A stretch of 64,000 nucleotides of DNA, taken from Paramoeba atlantica (lineage: Eukaryota; Protista; Discosea). A program made the position numbers and the translations under genes. The DNA lies in assembly GCA_977017575.1 (NCBI GenBank), contig CDRNVI010000065.1:370196-434195 (forward strand). Reading direction: 5' to 3'. This document shows positions 63,418 to 64,000 of the stretch, one piece after another. The notes below the pieces were generated by a model. It saw only the letters and a program-made list of their open reading frames with translations. It searched no databases and was not told the origin of the DNA. Each line of letters begins with the position of its first letter. The stretch's first letter is position 1.

Positions 63418-64000
63418 ATGGACTGCTCAGGGTGTAGAACTTTTGCGTGCTTGACGCTAGTTACGTCAATTTTGCAAATAACGTCAGAGAATGTTGTTTC
63501 CTGGCTAGTAAATCACTCTTTCGGGGCTTATACACAGTGTCTTCGCTGCAAAGAGAAACCGAGAAGCGATCAATGCTTCAAAAAACTCGAAGACGGTTCG
63601 AAGTGCCGCCTAAAAATTCCGAAATTTGGCCCCTTTTTTCCTTTAAACTGTCGAATTGTTGATAAATTTCGATGTTGGCTGCTTCTAGCGCAAGGTAACC
63701 TGCCCTTGAACGCAGCTTTGCAAGCGCTCAGGTCTCTTCGTTCAGTTCTTACAGACCTAAGTGAAATTGAACGCATATTCAGCATTCCCCGTTCCCCGCA
63801 CATGCTCATGAAGTACGTTATAGTGGATGAGACATACATTGGGAAACGCCTGCACCATCGCGGGAGACAAGTCCGCAAACAAAAGTTCTGGTTTATGACG
63901 GCTACAGAGGTTGATCCAAACACCGGGAAATCATTGCAAACATACTGGGAGGCAACGGTTCGCCGAACGAGAGAGGTTTGCCACAGGTTTGTCCGATCAG
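63418..64000 (+). CDS. Merlin/IS1595-type transposase, partial (runs off the window end)
   Basis: Manual translation from ATG 63418 is open to the edge. A Cys cluster (QCLRC...C...C) precedes VIVDETYIGKRLHHRGRQV..KFW, matching the Merlin V-x-IDE-x3-GKRK-x-HRGR motif. Confidence 0.85.
   Translation, partial: MDCSGCRTFACLTLVTSILQITSENVVSWLVNHSFGAYTQCLRCKEKPRSDQCFKKLEDGSKCRLKIPKFGPFFPLNCRIVDKFRCWLLLAQGNLPLNAALQALRSLRSVLTDLSEIERIFSIPRSPHMLMKYVIVDETYIGKRLHHRGRQVRKQKFWFMTATEVDPNTGKSLQTYWEATVRRTREVCHRFVRS

Overview
Eukaryotic, intron-free, gene-dense DNA, most likely from a basal kinetoplastid (Perkinsela-like; this is inference). Twenty consecutive host genes lie on the minus strand, as in a kinetoplastid polycistronic cluster. 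They include pelota, APC10, a Sec6-like protein, TYW2, a fused helicase-polymerase Pol theta, PEX16, an F-box protein, two 22-aa-repeat LRR proteins and a 3191-aa repeat protein. A spliced-leader (SL) RNA-like locus with the conserved ACAGTTTCTGTAC core sits at ~19.6-20.2 kb. The intergenic space is full of cut-and-paste DNA transposons from four groups. These are a complete pogo-like element (27-bp TIRs, TA TSD, intact 685-aa DD43D transposase) with a decayed paralog, a Tc1-like element nested in another TIR element, a PIF/Harbinger-like truncated element with a matching TAA-flanked MITE, and two Merlin/IS1595-type transposase sequences. About ten MITE-like elements accompany them, several sharing an internal GCCGC-TTC-GCGGC hairpin. 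A tRNA-like element with intact A/B boxes but broken stems and a frameshifted plus-strand RanBP2-type zinc-finger ORF mark a local strand switch at ~33.8-34.4 kb. All assignments come from manual motif reading and alignment; no database search was run.
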